Of a stretch of 64,000 bases of DNA, positions 36,662 through 50,401 are shown piece after piece. Made by a program: the position numbers and the translations under genes. How positions within the stretch are numbered: position 1 is the first letter of the stretch; the number at the start of each line of letters is the position of its first letter. This stretch comes from Octopus vulgaris (taxonomy: Eukaryota): NCBI GenBank assembly GCA_951406725.2, contig OX597832.1, forward strand, positions 36,580,001 to 36,644,000, in the 5' to 3' direction. The notes under the pieces were generated by a model, which saw nothing but the letters and a program-made list of their open reading frames with translations, was not told where the DNA came from and searched no databases.

Positions 36662-38420
36662 AATCTTGGGATACACAAGATAGTGTGTGCCATTCCCAAG
36701 AGTAATAATCTTTTGGTCACATCCAACCATTGTCCTGCCATACTCCCTTCCAGAATCAATTCCAATATGATGAACATGGTCATTAACAACAATTTCTTCT
36801 ACCACCTTCAATCTCTCTCCCTCTTTAATGAGCACTAGTATGGCTTTCATAAAGCCAGATCATCAGTCACCTGTGGGCTCTGGAAACGAAAATATGTGGT
36901 TTAAACTATTATTTTTTTATGCGATCAACGAAACTTTTTAACAAACAAATCTGGCAGAACCACCCAGGTAGCTACTCCAGCCATCTCTCACCTTTTATAT
37001 CAGTGGGTCCCCATCAGATTACTAATCCGCAGTGTATACTGTTGGCACACTGACCAACACTCTGTCGACTTCAGTGTACTTCAAGGCTTGGTTATGTCCC
37101 CTACACTCACTCTCCTATAAAGCAGCAAACTGCTGGCTGATTTAAACAATAATACATTTCATTTGTCTCTAATGTTCTGTGATGCAAACTGGACTCCTGA
37201 CACTAAATGTGTATTTACTCTGTGCGGTTTAATATCATCACTCTTAATTACCAAAAGACACTGTCACTAAATATTTTAAGAAAATATTATTTACTGAATA
37301 GCATGCAACTAGAATTTTTTCAGTTGCTGCAAGTGCTTGATCTGTTATCACTAAGGATCCCTTGTGATAATTGCAGCTCCTTACCAGACAAAAAAGAAAA
37401 AAAAAAGTAAAACAATCAAAAAGCATGACCCTCCTCTTCAACATCAGAAAATAGTTTGTCAACAATTAATCTGCTACGAAGCTCACGTGAGACCCACAGC
37501 AGGTTACTTCTCTTGCATTTCTGATGAGAATATTGTTACATCTCTATCTTTTATCTTTTACTCATTGGACTGTGGCCATGCTGGAGCACCAACTTGAAGG
37601 GTTTGGGTCAAACAAATCAACTGCGGAACTTATTCCTTAAGTCTGGTAACTTATTCGATTGGTCTCTTTTTGTTGACTTTGGAAGTCCCTCGGGCCTAAA
37701 CCAACTAGCACTAGTTATTGCCAAACACTGGAGGAAGAGCAAACACTAAAACACACACACACACTCTCTCTCTCTCATACACGTGTTTACAGCAGGTTTC
37801 CACACAGTTTCCGTTTACCAAATTCACTCATAAGCCACTGGTCAGCCTGGGGCTATTGTAGAAAACAATGTGCTGTGCAGTGGGAGTGAAGCCAAAGCTA
37901 TATAATTGCAAAGTGACCTTCTTAACCACCCAGACTGTACTCAGAGTACAGTCCTTCAACTGATTGACCTGAAACCAGCTGCCATTGTGCTTCAACCTCT
38001 TGCTGAAAAACATACTCTGTCTTCTCTCTCTGGTTTTTCTCCTAATACACCAGCAATGGTCTCTATTCTTTATTGGGGATTGGTCTTTGCGATTTCTATT
38101 CTGGTACTTCCAGCTCACTCATCTCTCCTCCTCCCTCACATCTCTCCTCCTCCCTCACGTCTCTCCTCCTCTCTCTCGTCTCTCCTCCTCTTTTTCAAAT
38201 CCTCCTCCTCCTTTTCTCATCTCTCCTCCTCCTCCTCTCATCACCCATACTGTTTCCTCCACCATGTTAACTCTTCTGTCCAGTCCCTCCTCCTCACAAT
38301 GACAGTCTTTTTGAATTCTCCCCCGATATGTTTTTACTTGCAACAAAAATGCAAGGCTTCAAGAGAAATGTTAATACATCAGTCTCCCCTATCTTGCACA
38401 GAGTTTGAGGCTTAAAGACG
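36660..38420 (+). pseudogene. Heavily decayed Jockey/I/CR1-group LINE RT and C-terminus, interrupted by a SINE
   Basis: VCAIPKSNNLLVTSNHCPAIL...HLQSLSLFNEH*YGFHKARS (cf. PIPK..SNYRPI..QYGFR); SVLQGLVMSPTL (cf. GVPQGSVLSPTL); YEAHVRPT (cf. YKAQVRP); LQPLAEKHTLSSLS (cf. LQPLAHRRAVSSLS). Confidence 0.6.
37545..37935 (-). mobile_element. SINE family A inserted in the LINE relic
   Basis: GACTGTGGCCATGCTGGAGCACC...(CA)n...GTTTCCGTTTACCAAATTCACTCA...CTTCTTAACCAC. Confidence 0.8.
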
Positions 38421-41400
38421 TAGCTCCTTCTTCCATATCAAACCATTACACAAATGAATTAATAAAAGAAACTGTTACCAATTCTGTCAACCTCTCAATG
38501 TATACAGATGGTTGAATTGTTATTTCATTTCCTCAAAGAATTAATGTAAACCAAACAAGTATCTTCTTTATATTGAATGATCAGATTATAAAAGTTTAAT
38601 TAGGATAATGCTCTGATTCAGCAGAACTATGATCAATGTTTCCATCCATAACCATCCCAATTTTTTTCCTTGTATGTATGAAACCCAGGGTCACATTATC
38701 TAATTCTAACATTTGAGGGACCTTTAGCTGTTATTTCAGATTGAATATGGACATACAGGCTCTGTCTTTGGTTCATTTGAATTAGTATGGTTTGAGGAAT
38801 GTAGCTTTTGAGATGTTTTGGTGAAATAATTTATTACAGAATGGGTGAGGGGCAATGGTGGGAGAGTGTGGGGGAAACTTTGAGCCAGTGTGAAGTGGGG
38901 GAGGGCAGTGTCAGTTTGGGTCAACAGATTCAGTGGAGGGGGAGTGTACAGTACATCATAATGGTTGATCTTTTTCTTTGTTGATTGGTGGTATTGCAGA
39001 GACTGTAACTTAACCACCTCTGCTGATGTTGGGCCGTTTCCAGAAGCAACTTCCTAGCTCCAAGTACACTTACCACCTCTCCACTCATGGATACAGCATG
39101 AAGGAAAGACATTTGCAGCACCCATGGAGCCACAGAGGATGCCAAATATATGGTCAAATATAACTGTTCATATCAGCCTTAGGGTTCATCCCTCCAAATT
39201 TTCTGGGGAGGTGGGTTACTCCCTTAACCTTTTTTCTTTTTCCTTTTTGATGGTGTTGACCGTCCGCAAGTGCAAGCCCTGCGAATCAGTGGCTGTTCCA
39301 GCATATGTCTCTCACCATTCTCTTGAGCAATGCCTTTTCTATTTTATCTGCTGGGGCCACGGGGCAGTCTGACTTAGAAGAAAATATATGCTCCACTCCT
39401 TAAATGCTTAGATCCATGCAATTATTTATTTTAACTCTACCATAGTAACAGTTGATAAACTGATATAATTCAATGCAAGCGAAACAATTGTTGAATGATG
39501 GTGAGTGATGGTGATTGAATGATTGTATATCAAGCTGATAGCTTTTTATTACATATTTAACCTGGTTTCAAAATAATCTACCTAGCTTCCAAGAAAAGTT
39601 TCTGTTTTATTGAGAGCCTTTTTATCTTTATTTTTTATTTTAATTTCCTCTGCCAAATAACAACCCTTCCTAGCTTTCTTTTGTGAATACTCCTCCTTTC
39701 TATACTACTCTTTGACATCAAACGAAATAATTTGCTTAAATCAATGATATTAAAGTCTGAATAATTGTTTTGGTTTGCATAAAAACGTCACCAACTCAAG
39801 GGGATCATTTTGTAAGGCTCACAATACAATTACAAACGGTTGTTTTGACAAACATGATCCTGGCTTTTATACAGTCAATTAGATGAAGGAACACATTTCT
39901 GATATTCTCCTCTAATATTCCATTACTAATATATTTTGTTTTTTTCTGCTAATTTTCACTGTTGAGAGGCAGGAAATAACAAGTTTAAAGCTCGGCGGTC
40001 GATGATAAGGGTGATGATTTCAATTCCACCTCTTCTATCCGAATCAACTCCTCAATGAATTTTACTTGAAGAAATTAAAACTTGGAATCGGTATTTGATG
40101 TTCTGAATGAAACCTTCTACTGTGATTAGTTCTGCGATTTTTTTGATTTTTTTTTTGTTTGATAAATATTTCTATCATGTTCAGGAGTTGTGTTCAATTG
40201 AGTTTGATGCGGGGTGTTTTTTTTTCCCCCTCTTTATACCTTGAAAACAAAAAGAACAGATTTGCAAAGAATACAAACTGTGTGTGGATGTGGGTGTATG
40301 TATGTTTGTGTATACATGTACATGTTATTGTGTGTATGTGTGTGTGTTTGTATATATATATATATGTGTGCACACACACACACACACTCACACCACGTGT
40401 GTGTGTGGATGTGTCTGTGTGTTCTATTTGATTTTATAAAAATTCTCTTATTTTGAAGGCCTGTTTTGTAAAGTCCAACCATTCCTGCTGCACTCTCACA
40501 ATATTCCGCTGCCTCTCTACTGCATCCATACTGCTGCTTCTCAATTGCCTTCCTACTGTAACGTTTTTAAAACCCATTAACTGATTCATAATTACAGTCT
40601 TTATTCACTGAAAAAAATAAATGGTTTCTGTTTTGTTTCATCGTGGTGGGTATTCAATGTTCTCAACTTTCTCCTACAGTGTGGTGATTGCGATAGTGGA
40701 GTGGAGGGGTTGTTAGTGGTGGGCAAGGCTTTGGTGGTTTGTGTTGTTGTGGGAGGTAATTGTATTAGAGATGGGCAAGGTTGTGATGCTGTGATGATAC
40801 ATGTGTATGTATGTGGCTGGGGGGCGGGGGGTACAGGTTGTGTGATGCATTGGTGGTGTAGTGGTTGAGATGTTATCTGTAATGGTGGTGGTGGTGGTAG
40901 TGTTACATGTGATGATAGTAATGATGATAATAATGGTTGTCCATTCCTTTTGTCATAGTTGATGCTTTTAAAATTGAATAATTTTTTTTAATGATTAGTT
41001 GCAACAAATGTATTTGCTATCATCATCATCATCGCTTTTGGAACCACCACCATCCACATTATACCTGCAATAACTCCTCTTGACACCATTGCTTCTGCCA
41101 CCACCACTACCACTGTTGTCCCCTCCCACTGTAACCACTACTGCCATTGTTGTGGTCATCATCATTACTAGCAATGAAGATGTTTCACCAACTAATGGTA
41201 CACACATACAGTCCACCAACTGATCCACACACACACACACACACATTATAGTTGGTCTATATACACATAACTACTGCTCTGTTTTGGTCCATACAAACAC
41301 ACAATTCTCTAGAGTTCGCCCACACATACACACACTTGTTTTCAGTTGACATTGTGTTTAGGTTGTGTAGTATGTTTGACTGTGTCCCTGTTAAGAGCCA

Positions 41401-41469
41401 CCTATTAGTATCTACTGTCTATATATACTAATATATAACTGTCTATATATACTAATATATATATATATA

Positions 41470-41658
41470 GGGAGAATTCACAAAAAAAACAACAAAAGAT
41501 GAAGACAGGTGGTGTAGACAACAAACAGATGTATTAGTATAACGCTCGGGAAGTGAAAAAGTCTTTAACATTTCGAGCCTACGCTCCTCCACAGAAAGGA
41601 ACACAGAAAGAAACAAGGAGAGAAAATAAAGAATGTGTAGTGGCTAGCGATCCACCAT
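41470..41658 (-). mobile_element. Short Penelope-like element end inside a (TA)n tract, with a variant hammerhead-like motif at 41563-41598
   Basis: Minus strand: CTTT-CTGTGGA-G-GAGC(GTAG)GCTC-GAAA-TGTT-AAAG. Microsatellite on both sides. Confidence 0.55.
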
Positions 41659-42100
41659 GTATGTATGTATATATATATATATATATATATATACATACAC
41701 ACACACACACACACATCATTTGCATATATATATGTGTGTGTGTATGTGTACACACACACATGCACATGCATGCACACATACCTCCCACACAACACACACA
41801 CTGATACATACACGCACACAATTACACATACATGGGCATATACACACACACACACGCACACAGGAACACATATACTCCACACACAACCCCATGCACATAT
41901 GCACATATGCACAATTACATGCACATACACACACGAACGTGCATATGTGCACAAAACACACTTATACCTCCACACAAAACCCCTTGTTCACATACACCTA
42001 CACACACACGTACACTCACATGCACACACACACAACACACACTCATACACACAATTACACACACACACATAATCTGTATATAAAATAATATACGTGTATG
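41659..42100. repeat. Compound (TA)n/(CA)n low-complexity tract
   Basis: Read directly from the sequence; it produces the spurious HT/YI/CV ORFs. Confidence 0.95.
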
Positions 42101-44154
42101 TATTTAAAGTCCCTAGGGTTGATTCATTTGACTAAAATTCTTCAAGGCTCTGCCCCAGCATGGCCTAAGCCTAATGACTGAAATAAGTAAAGGATAAAAA
42201 AAATATATGTACATAGATATGCGTGTATCTATGTACGCAGTTTCTGTGTATGTATGTGCGTAGGTGTATAGAGTATGTCTATATGTGTATTTCATGTTTT
42301 TTATGTACTTTGTGTGTGTTTGTATGTTGTCAGGTTATGTGTTCCTATCTGGGTGTAAAGAGTATGTATATGTGTGTGTGTGTGTGTGTATTTTATTTCA
42401 TGTGCATGTAATTATAGGCGTTTGAAATGTGTAAATGTGTGTGTTTCAGTATTTCTGCCTATTATGGGTGTTTCCTAATTTCTAGCAAAGTCAGATTTAC
42501 CAAATTACGATTCTTATATACAAGTTATTCAACATTTTCTGTGGTGTCTTGTTGAAGAAATCGTAATTTGTAATTAAGAAAGTCTTTTTAAGAGAGCTTT
42601 CAGTTTGTTTTAATGATCCGTTGCTTCTTACTTCCTGCAATATTGTCTACAGACAGAGAGAAATAGGTCAACCGGATTAAAAGAAGTAATTCTAACTTCA
42701 GAATAAGTAAGTTCTTTGATGACAAATTGATTTTAATTCCAGTGAGAAATGACAACCACCACCACTTCAGCAGCAAGAAAAATAAATTATAAAAGAAACT
42801 CTCAGACAGATTTTTAAAAAAATTATAAATGATTCTGATGAAGAATTGTGAGACACACCCTGCTTGGATTGAACCAGTTCTTGCTGTCTTTGCATCCACA
42901 CTCAACAACATGACTGTATTTTGTCTTGTGTTCTTTGCATCTAAGTTAGAAAACAAAATATGAAGCTGTTAAAGGAGTTGATGTTAATAATGTGGAAATT
43001 TTGAAATTATCATTGCAGGAATTCATTTCAAGAGATTTAGATAAAAACATTGGAGAAGAAAAAAAAAATATTAACACACCTTAAATAACAAACAGGTGTG
43101 TTCAAGTTGAAGATTGCTAGATAAAGATGGGTAGAAAGATGGTTAGATTGAAAGAGGCTGAGTTAGTTATCTAAATGAATTAATTAGTGGAAAGAAATAG
43201 TTGATAGGTAGAGAGAGGTGGGATTTAAAGGCGAATGTTATTAAAAGGAAGAATGTACAAATATGGGGGAGATACAGGAGTGAAATGGGGAAAGGATCTT
43301 TAGGAGAAATAACAACAAAAGAAGGAGACTATGTTGGTTTTCCCCCCTCCTGTTAAAATCAGGGGTGGGGCTAACTAACTGCTGGTTTAACAAGGTAGAG
43401 TGGTGGATGATGGGGGTGAGGTATAGCTAATGAGAATCTAATTGAAATCAATAGCAAGAGGAAATTCTTTCTGTCAGTGATACTGAATATTTCTTGTGTT
43501 CTACCATTGACAGATTCCTTATCCTCCAAGATATACAATACAATTCCAAACTGCTGCCTACTTCCTTTTTATTTCAATTTACTTTCCATTCAACTGGAAT
43601 GTCAATATCATTGTCCTACTGAATGTTCTCATTATACACAATTATTGTGTGTGTTTAACACAATACAGCTTCTCTTTTACATGCACATAGGCGCACGCAT
43701 GCATGCATGCACACACACACACACACACACACAGAATAACTTAGTTTTTAACTACAAAATGTTAACTGAGAAAGAATTCAATGCATATGGTTAAGTTACA
43801 GATTTATTTAATGTTAGATAGTTATGTTTGTGTAGATAGGTGATAGATTGATAAATATAGATAGGTGATAGATACATACATACATGCATCGGTGGGTAGG
43901 TAGGTAGATAGATAGACAGATAGATAGATTAATAAATAGAAAGACAGCTAGATAGATAGATGTGTACATGCAGAAAGTGTAATGTTATGCGGGTGTGAAA
44001 TGTGGGTATTGAATAGAAAGGATGTGTGAAAGGTGGAAAAGAAACGAAGCAAGTATTCTTTGCTGGATGTGAGAACAACGGAGTATAAAGGAATTGAGAG
44101 AAAACCTGGGTAAAAGAGAAATCTAGTATGGAATGGAGGAGGCGGCACTGGTAT

Positions 44155-44345
44155 CTTTTACGTGTTTCAGTTATTAGACTGTGGCCATGCTGGGGCACCA
44201 CCTTAAAGAATTCTTAGTCAAATGAATCGACCCCAGGACTTAGTTTTTAAAGCCTCGTACTTATTCTATTGGTCTCTTTTGCTGAACAGCTAAGTTAGGG
44301 AGACATAAACACACTAACACCAGTTGTCAAGTGGTGGTGTGGAGA

Positions 44346-44387
<42 letters not shown>

Positions 44388-44568
44388 GACATACATATGT
44401 ACACACAAATACACAATGAGCTTTTTTCAGGTTCCGTATACCAAATCCACTAACAAGGCTTTGATTGGCCTGAGGTTATAAAAGAAGATACTTGCCTAAG
44501 GTGTCACACAGTAGGACTGAACCTGGAACCATGTGCTTGAGAAGGAAACTTCTTACCACACAACCATG
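44155..44568 (-). mobile_element. SINE family A, full length
   Basis: Tail, internal (CA)n and head motifs as in the other copies. Confidence 0.88.
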
Positions 44569-45003
44569 TATGGTCTGGGCATTTAGCAGAGATGCAGGAG
44601 AGTGAGATTTGAGCAAAAAAATACTAACTTATCCAAGTGGATTGTACCTGAAGTAGAGGAAGACCCAGGAGGGGAAGATACTAACAAATGTGTGAGAAGC
44701 TAATCAGAAAAGACCAAATCTCTCAAAGGAGAAAATAGACAAGTGGTAGACTGCTGTGTTGGGGAAGCTATGTTTAACCCATGTGGGCCTGGGGAAAAAT
44801 TGGGAATGAATTATAATGATGGTTGTGATGATGGTGAATCCATTATAATGTCTATCATCCATCCAGCTACCTATCTATGATTTGGGAAAAGTCTATGACT
44901 GTGACAGTCAGTCCAACTCATTCTATAATGTCAGGCAGATGTAAATTGGTGGTACTGTTAGTACAATACTTACAGATAGCAGTCATACATGCAATATTAT
45001 ATT

Positions 45004-45380
45004 ATGGTGACGAACTGGCAGAATCATTAGCATGCTGGCCAAAAATACTTAGTGGTATTTCCTCCATCTTTATGTTCTGAGTTCAAATTCTGCCAAAGTT
45101 GACTTTGCCTTTAATCCTTTCAGGGTTGATAAAATAAGTCCTGGCTGAATACTGTTGTTGATTTAATCAACTTACCTTTCCTCCAAAATTGCTGGCCTTG
45201 TGCTAAAATTTGAGATCATTATTACGTAGTGTGGTTCGTCCGAGCTCATCCTCCACCGAGGTTGACTTTGCCTTTCATCCTTTCAGTAAAATAAGTACCA
45301 GTTGAGCGCTGGAGTTGCTGTAATCGACTTGACCTCTCTCCTGGAATTGCTGGCCTTGTGCTAAAATTTGAAACCAATAT
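45004..45380 (+). mobile_element. SINE family B full copy plus a 5'-truncated second copy
   Basis: GTTGACTTTGCCTTT.ATCCTTT...AATTGCTGGCCTTGTGCTAAAATTTGA occurs twice. Confidence 0.85.
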
Positions 45381-46104
45381 TATATTGTTTGTTGTATACA
45401 CTCCATCATCTTGTCATATATACACCCAACTGTTATTTCTTAAACGTGCCACCCCCCTTACATTAGGTGCCATCACAGCCATTATAAGCACCACTCTACA
45501 ACTATCGCTAACACCACTACGCTACTACTACCACAACCACAACCTTTCCTGACTATCACATAAACCCTCTGAGTACATCTGCAATCTCCCTGATGTAAAC
45601 AAAAAATAGCCCCCCACCCCCACCCCAGCAATCCCTCCCTCTCTTGCCTGCCACTACTTAAAGGAATTACCAATCAGAAAGAGAGACCAAAAGAGATCTC
45701 TAAATAATTTGATAAGCACCTGCTTGCCTTCATTACCATAATTTGTTACATTCATTAACTTTCTTATTAGTTGTTTTATTGTTTTTTACTGTTGTTGTTA
45801 TTGATGTTGACATTGATTCCATTGTTGTTACTGTTGTATTTAATCCACTTCATCTTAATTTAGTCTGTGTTAAGCCCGTTGTGTGAATGCCATAGATAGA
45901 TGAGTACTTTGTGGGGAGAGTGGTCCTAGGTTGGGCTCTGTGTCTACCCCTACTCCACTATTAACCCTTTTTACTGTGGTTGTTGTCTCTAGTCTCCTTG
46001 AGGAGGAAAGATATGGATGTTATAATTTCTCTGTTTACTTCATTCACTCTCCCCTATCATTCCTCCCTAAATTTATTCTATCAATGTTAATATACAGATA
46101 CAGG

Positions 46105-46465
46105 CAACCTTGCTTCCCAACCACATGGTTCCAGGTTCAGACCCTCTGCATGGCACCTTGGAGTAAGTGTCTTCTACTATAGCCTCAGGTTGACCAAAGC
46201 CTTGTGAGTGGATTTCGTGGACAGAAACTGAAAGAAGCCTGTTGTGTGTGTGTGTGTGTGTCTGTCTCCCTCCACTGCTCGGCAACTGGTATTGGTGTTT
46301 ATGTCCTCCATAACTTAACAGTTCAACAAAAGAGACCGATAGGATAAGTACCAGGCTTAACAAAAAAGTAAGTCCTGAGGTCAATTCATTCAACTAAAAA
46401 TTCCTCAAGGCAGTGCCCCAGCATGGTTGCAGTCTAATGACTGAAATAAGTAATAGGCGAAAGAT
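46105..46465 (+). mobile_element. SINE family A
   Basis: CTTGCTTCCCAACCACATGGTTCCAGGTTCAG...GCACCTTGGAGTAAGTGTCTTCTACTATAGCC...GAGACCGATAG.ATAAGTAC...GCAGTGCCCCAGCATGG. Confidence 0.88.
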
Positions 46466-46536
46466 ATAGTATATATGTTATATTTTTGTTAACATTAGTC
46501 CTGCCAATATCCATGACTTGTTTAGATTGTAAGCAC

Positions 46537-47275
46537 CAAATCTTGCCATTCTTCATGGGTTAGTAAATACTAGCCATGTACTGGTTTAGCTATCTCCTGG
46601 TCTTTTCATAGGCTATGATCCAAAGAAAAGACCAAATTCATAGTTGCACTTCATCTGTCTTTACAGTCTGAGTTCAAATTCTGCTGAGATCGACTCTGCC
46701 TTTCATCCTTTTAGAGACTATTTCAAAGTTTCAAAGGACATTAAGATGGGAAGTCATTTTATTGGCTAAAGTAAGGAGTGGTGAAGAAAGAGACAGAAAG
46801 CTCAAGTGTAGCAGCACAGGATCAATCAATCAGAACAAGGTAAATGGGGAAGAACATGGATAAGGAAGTCATCATGCCTGAAAGAAGGATGTGTGGTGGA
46901 AGAGAAAACACCATTACAAATAGTCTCTAAAAGGATGAAAAGCAAAGTCGATCTCGGCAGAATTTGGACTCAGAATGTAAAGACGGAAGAAGTGCTACTA
47001 AGAATTTTACCTGACATACTAACGATTCCACCAGTTCATTGCCTTAATGATGATGATGATGCTAATAATAAATATAATAATGATTTCTGACATTGGTACA
47101 GAGCATTTGTCACAGAGAGATTCTCTTTTACTGTATCTTTTATCTTTTTACTTGTTTCTTCATCACCACCACCACCATCATTATCCTCTTGGTCTTTTCT
47201 TTGGATTATAGCCTATGAAAAGACCAGGAGATAGCTAAACCAGTACATGGCTAGTATGAAGAATGGCAAGATTTG
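46537..47275. repeat. Near-identical inverted repeat, arms 46537-46635 and 47189-47275
   Basis: TACTAGCCATGTACTGGTTTAGCTATCTCCTGGTCTTTTCATAGGCTAT.ATCCAAAGAAAAGACCAA and its reverse complement; the left arm has a 12-nt insertion. Confidence 0.9.
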
Positions 47276-49049
47276 AACTAAACTTAAAGACAAAGCTATC
47301 CAAATCTTTTGAATCTTGCCATAGAGCTGTAGATCATCCATGATTAGCCAACAGTCAGCTCTTGCCTGGTCTTTTCATCGGCTATAATCCTAGGAAAAGA
47401 CCAGCATCATTATTATTATTATTGGAAATGAGGTGCTTCAGTGATTTAGTTGTTGGGCTACATACTCATAAATCAGGGTTTCCTATCCACTCTAACAATA
47501 TCATTGTGTTTCTCAATATAAGACTTTTATTATAATTTTCCCAGACATGCTGTATGTTCATCATGCTATGCCTGTTTTTCATGACTGTAGAGTGATTTGA
47601 GATTTCACTGCATTTTCTAGCTGCCTCCATAACCATGTAGATGTTGTCATAATAATAAATTTACAGCCATAGTTACTGTTGTGTTGCATTCATCCTCTGT
47701 GTCACAACTATATTTTAATGTCCGTTTCACAGATATGACTGCCGTTACAGTTAACTATAACTCAACCAGTTTCAGTTGTCATAGTTACTACTGTCAGTTA
47801 CACTTAGTGTTACACCACGGTGACAGTTGTGTCTTAACGTCACTTAAGACAATCTTCTTCCTTGATTTATATTTTTCTTTCAGTTTGTCAGATTATTTAT
47901 CTTTTTCATCTCATCATTTCTGACACCTCACAAGATTCTTTGTTCTGGCTGCTCTCCAAATCCGGCTTTTAAATTACTTTATAAAACAATTTCCTCTTCC
48001 AATATACGTTCTTCCCTGTTGTTGATGAAGTAAACCATTTCTGTGACTTTCATCGTATTATTAAAATCCTTTTTAAATATTGTTTGTTTCGCTACAGCTC
48101 TTGTCCCATTCCATCATCCTTGATCTTCAATATTTGGTGAAATGTTGCTAAGAAAATATGATAAATCCTTAAATTGATTATTTTTTTTAATGTTCTCTGG
48201 TTAAACTTTGAGAAAATCATTACAACTACCCATCTTTTATTGACAACACCACTCAAAAACTTACACAATTTCACTTCCATAGCTGAAGTGAGTGCTTATT
48301 GATAAAAACTCATGTTCAAAGCAGATATGATGATTAACCAGCATTCTAAGTAAACATCGGCACCAATTTAGGAATAAAAGAAAACAGTTCTGTGTTTGTT
48401 TCTTTATTTAGACTTTTTTTTTCACTTTTGAAATTGTGGGGGAAAAAAAATAGATTTTCAAAAATTTCTACAAAAAGAAACAATTTTGAAATTTTCTTCT
48501 TTTATATATATTTTTTCCCCACTATGTGTAAAATATAAAATGGAAAACAAATCAAAGATTATTCTAAGAAATGCCAATCCTTTTTAATTGTTTTCCTGAT
48601 GAAGATTATTATTTTTTTTTTCTATGTGTTTAATTTAGGGTTAAGAATTATTTGTTTTATATCTTTTAAACTAAAGAATTTATCGACCTTCTAATGTTTT
48701 TACTATATTTCTGGAGATACCACATTCCTTGTCATCTTAAATATTTTACATTCTACTTTTCTGAGATGTTCTACATTCCTACATTATTAAATATCCAAAT
48801 ACCTATATTCTTAAAATATTCTCTGTTGCATTCAAACACACATACACATGTCTGTATCTGTGTGTGTCACTTGTAACAGAAGCAGTATTAGATTAAAATA
48901 GCTTTTTATGTATCATACGTAATATAAATACATTGTTGAAAGGTAAATTTGGTGCTGTATTTGTCCAGAAATTACATGTCTTGTGGACATGCTATGTTTA
49001 AGAACACAGTATATATCAGAAGGAGACAAAAATGATCCTAGCAGTGGCC

Positions 49050-49440
49050 AGTGAGAACACCAGAAGCATTTCTGTTTTGTGCTTAGATGAAATTTGTCTT
49101 CACCACCAATATACATGAGTAAACCTTATAGCTGTCTGTTGCATGTGCTGCTATGGACACATCTTTTGTCTCCCACTAGATCTTCCTACCAGGGCTTTAC
49201 TCTCATTTGACACAGCAGCTGCAGGTTGGAAGAGGCCTTGAGGCAGGTACCGCACAAGATGGCTGGACATGATTGGGAAAGGTCTCCAGAGGCTCGACGT
49301 CACCTTGGAAGATGCAGAGGGGCTGACATGGGGCCGCCAGTGATAGAGAGCACTGGTGGCCCTGCATGATGGTGTCTTGGTGCTATTAGCCTAGGATGAC
49401 TCCAGCCTCATCAAGCAAGAACATGAAGCAAGCAGTGTTA
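49050..49440 (+). pseudogene. 3' end of a second RTE-type LINE family
   Basis: YGHIFCLPLDLPTRALLSFDTAAAGWKRP*GRYRTRWLDMIGKGLQRLDVTLEDAEGLTWGRQ**RALV (cf. WYGHV.R...WKRPRGRPRTRW.D...A.DR..WR). Confidence 0.75.
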
Positions 49441-49511
49441 GTGGCTGTGAATACACACTTTTGACAATGCCTCAAATTCAGAAATCAAACAACACTGCTA
49501 AAAGTGATGGT

Positions 49512-49730
49512 GTTCATAATTTAGGTCCAAGGTCAGTAAATTCTGAGGGATGGCAGTTGGTCCATTGACCCCTCTGCTTGACTAGTTACTGTATCGTATT
49601 CACCTTTGAGAAGATGAAAGGCAAAGTTGACCTTGGTTGGGTTTGACCTCCGTACATAAAGGGCTGGAGCAAATATGCCAGGGCATTTTTTTTCTATGCT
49701 CTTAACTATTCTGCAATTCCATTGCCAATA
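49512..49730 (-). mobile_element. SINE family B, degraded
   Basis: GATGAAAGGCAAAGTTGACCTTGGTTGGGTTTGA. Confidence 0.65.
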
Positions 49731-50344
49731 CTACGAATGATTTCTTACATTAATAATCATAATGACAGCAGTGATGGCTCCCAATCTCTCTATTTCTCAG
49801 CCTTTCTCTTCCTTTCCCTCTTCATCATCCTCTTTTTGTTTTCTCTTTCTCTCTTGTCATGGCTCAATCTTCTCTCTCACACACACACACACAGAGCTAC
49901 ATATAAATTTCCAATTGACTAAGAACACTCATTATATATGGACGATGTTGTGTGGTGGTGGTGTTGGTGGTGTGGGGATAGTCATATGATGTTGGTGTAT
50001 AGTCGTGGCTGTGGTCGTGATGTAATAGAGAGAGAGAGAGAGTATATGATGTAATAATCGTGGCGGTGGTAGTGTAGGAGGCTATCAGTGACAACAGATC
50101 ATTAAATGTTGTGGTTATTGAGTTTTATTATATCAATAAATCATACTTAACTGTCCATTCTACTCCTACACCCTTTTTACCTTTCTTTCTTTCTCTCTCT
50201 CTCTCTCTCCCCCTTCTCATGCACATACACCTATACCATGGACTCTCATTCAAGTAACCCATTTCACAGTCTCCTCAGTCACCATCACACATTTACCCCT
50301 ATCTCTCTCTTTTATAATGAGGTATGTATGTATGTATGTATGTG

Positions 50345-50401
<57 letters not shown>

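Noticed and set aside
37906-38415. 169-aa ORF with a hydrophobic, Ser-rich stretch
   Set aside because: Composite of a SINE end, a decayed LINE C-terminus and a CT-rich low-complexity tract.
42653-42712. Apparent 54-nt exon CTACAG|...|GTAAGT
   Set aside because: All three frames contain a stop codon and there is no other support.
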